Virus record (IMG/VR): IMGVR_UViG_3300034374_007216
Coordinates: 18,799-82,798 of that record
Length of the DNA stretch: 64,000 nt
DNA from: a virus
Direction: 5' to 3' (one strand)
The notes beneath the pieces are model-generated. The model saw only the letters and a program-made list of their open reading frames with translations. It was not told where the DNA came from and searched no databases. Positions 62,424 to 64,000 of the stretch are shown here, in pieces. The first letter of the stretch is position 1. The number at the start of each line of letters is the position of its first letter. Both the position numbers and the translations under genes were made by a program.

Positions 62424-64000
62424 GATGCATCACCACTATGGTCTTGTTCATTGTAAGAAACATCTCCTTTATGTCCTTTTTGATGAAGAGATTGAGAGTA
62501 TCTTGGTTTGACGGTGAAATCCATTCGCTCTTGCTTTGTTTCTCCTTCGCTATGGCTTCTTCTTCGGGGTGCATCCGACCTGTAATGTTGAAGTGTATTT
62601 TCACTTATTACAACACGAGTAATTTCATTGTCCAACAAAGTTGAATCAAATGATGATTCTTCCGTACCGATTATCTTCGGCCCTTTGCTTACAGGCGTTG
62701 CATCATCTGCACCTGTGTCCATTACATACAACGGAGCGTAAGGTGGGTTGCCATCGGGGTTGGTGCTACGAATGTAGTACCCATCCGCCGCCCTACCGTT
62801 TTCAATTTCGTACATGAACATACCATACTTACCACCTGCCGTAGCCGAAAAGAAGTTACTGCCGTATTGCGGCGAAGAAGCGTGTAAGTTATTGTTCGGT
62901 CTAAACATCTCAACATGTTGTTTATCGAGTAATCGAATTGGCCGCATCATGTATGTCACTTTCTTGTCAGTCAAATTGGTTTGTTGAGATGAAGAATCAA
63001 ATACATTTGTTTCGTATGGGTTTGATGTTTTGTTAGCCCCACTTATTCCGCCCCATTGATAATCATTTATTGGTGAAACAAAGTTGCGAGATTCAGCAAG
63101 ATATGTGCCGCCAAGAGGATTGAAGTTTGATGTATGAGATAGTTTCATTGCTCCGCCATCTGGTTGTACGGCGAAGTCTATACCTGTTAAATCATAATGT
63201 CCAATTGTTTGCGAACCTGCGGTATATCCACCTTGCAATACTACACGCTGTCCTACATTTCTATCTGTATGCAAACTGTGTGCTTCTGTATTGATAATGA
63301 TGAGGTTATCATCAACGCCCTCAACATTTTCAGTGTCAAGTCCGATACGAGGACTACTACGGCTTACTGCATCTTTGTGTGGCGAATCGCCTACAACTGT
63401 TTCGACCCTATCACTTACTACGGCTTCGGGTTTGAGTAATCCATTTTCGTCTATGTTGAGTCTTGCACTAATACCACGAGGCACTTCATATGCTTGCAGT
63501 ACATCGTTTCTTGCTCGTATGTAACCATCATTCATGTTTGGTTCAGCCGTGTGATGAGATAGTACAACACCTGTCGTATGTATGGGTTCATCAAGTGCAG
63601 TGAGTACATCTTCATTGAATGCTGTAGGATAGCGTAGTCCACGCCCATGCCCGTCATCACCTACACGATTTGCATTGGTAGGCATATACACATCAACGAG
63701 AATGGTCGAATCGTTGTTATTGACATTGTTTAACCTACCACCAAAACGAGGCACTGTAAAGCCCGTTGCTACACTTACATTACCCGAAGCATCAATCAAT
63801 CCCTTCATATTGACAACAGGTGCTCCGCTATTGTATAATCGTGCATATGGTGTTTTGCCATTTGTTCTGTCATATTCATACGCATCTGCCGCATCCCATG
63901 CGGGTCGAATACCGAAACTTCGTACAGGGTGTCGTCGTACATCTTCTCCACGAGTGTTGCCCCACCAATCAACGAGATAGTAACCAACAGCCTCATCTAT
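62420..64000 (-). CDS. C-terminal part of a large virion structural protein (5' truncated by window)
   Basis: The frame of ORF 62420..63808 stays open to 64000 (IDEAVGYYLVDWWGNTRG...). Confidence 0.75.
   Translation of the reverse strand: MDEAVGYYLVDWWGNTRGEDVRRHPVRSFGIRPAWDAADAYEYDRTNGKTPYARLYNSGAPVVNMKGLIDASGNVSVATGFTVPRFGGRLNNVNNNDSTILVDVYMPTNANRVGDDGHGRGLRYPTAFNEDVLTALDEPIHTTGVVLSHHTAEPNMNDGYIRARNDVLQAYEVPRGISARLNIDENGLLKPEAVVSDRVETVVGDSPHKDAVSRSSPRIGLDTENVEGVDDNLIIINTEAHSLHTDRNVGQRVVLQGGYTAGSQTIGHYDLTGIDFAVQPDGGAMKLSHTSNFNPLGGTYLAESRNFVSPINDYQWGGISGANKTSNPYETNVFDSSSQQTNLTDKKVTYMMRPIRLLDKQHVEMFRPNNNLHASSPQYGSNFFSATAGGKYGMFMYEIENGRAADGYYIRSTNPDGNPPYAPLYVMDTGADDATPVSKGPKIIGTEESSFDSTLLDNEITRVVISENTLQHYRSDAPRRRSHSEGETKQERMDFTVKPRYSQSLHQKGHKGDVSYNEQDHSGDAS

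Noticed and set aside
63805-63996. 63-aa minus-strand ORF or a frameshift at the window end
   Set aside because: The frame of 62420..63808 stays open to the window edge, so this is an alternative-frame shadow.
1-64000. tRNA/rRNA genes, integrase, transposase, inteins
   Set aside because: None recognised by eye; PolB, RFC and helicase lengths leave no room for inteins. A tRNAscan-SE run would be needed to exclude tRNAs formally.

Overview
The window looks like a large part of a tailed dsDNA archaeal virus genome. Its gene set resembles described viruses of marine Poseidoniales/MG-II archaea ('magroviruses'); this is an inference from gene content, not a database match. Three blocks are visible. 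(1) About 1-13.9 kb and 56.4-64 kb are mostly minus-strand late/virion genes: a possible terminase small subunit, a small-GTPase/membrane operon, HMG-CoA lyase and tail-type proteins. (2) About 14.4-38 kb holds plus-strand early/accessory genes: many short overlapping ORFs with repeated junctions, a PPDK-like dikinase, two CX5R phosphatases, a SNF2 helicase, a DenV-like protein and a methyltransferase. (3) About 38.7-56.4 kb is an archaeal-type replication module: RFC, RPA-like, ATPase, PCNA-like, PolB, fused primase, ERCC4, MCM-like, DEDD exonuclease and thermosome. The most striking unexplained signal is a ~12-aa motif, (E)P(M/F)xxA(W/F)xLLK, with 15 copies in 10 ORFs. It occurs as an N-terminal leader or as an internal linker between unrelated effector-like domains (ART-like, GNAT, kinase-like, ParB-like, HNH-like), and some of these proteins also carry PCNA-binding-like boxes. 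This suggests a tagged and possibly proteolytically processed virion cargo system. Other signals are a 22-bp promoter motif (9 copies), a duplicated iteron/AT-rich element, an inverted-repeat-flanked cassette and cassette-like paralog arrays. No tRNA, rRNA or CRISPR array was seen.
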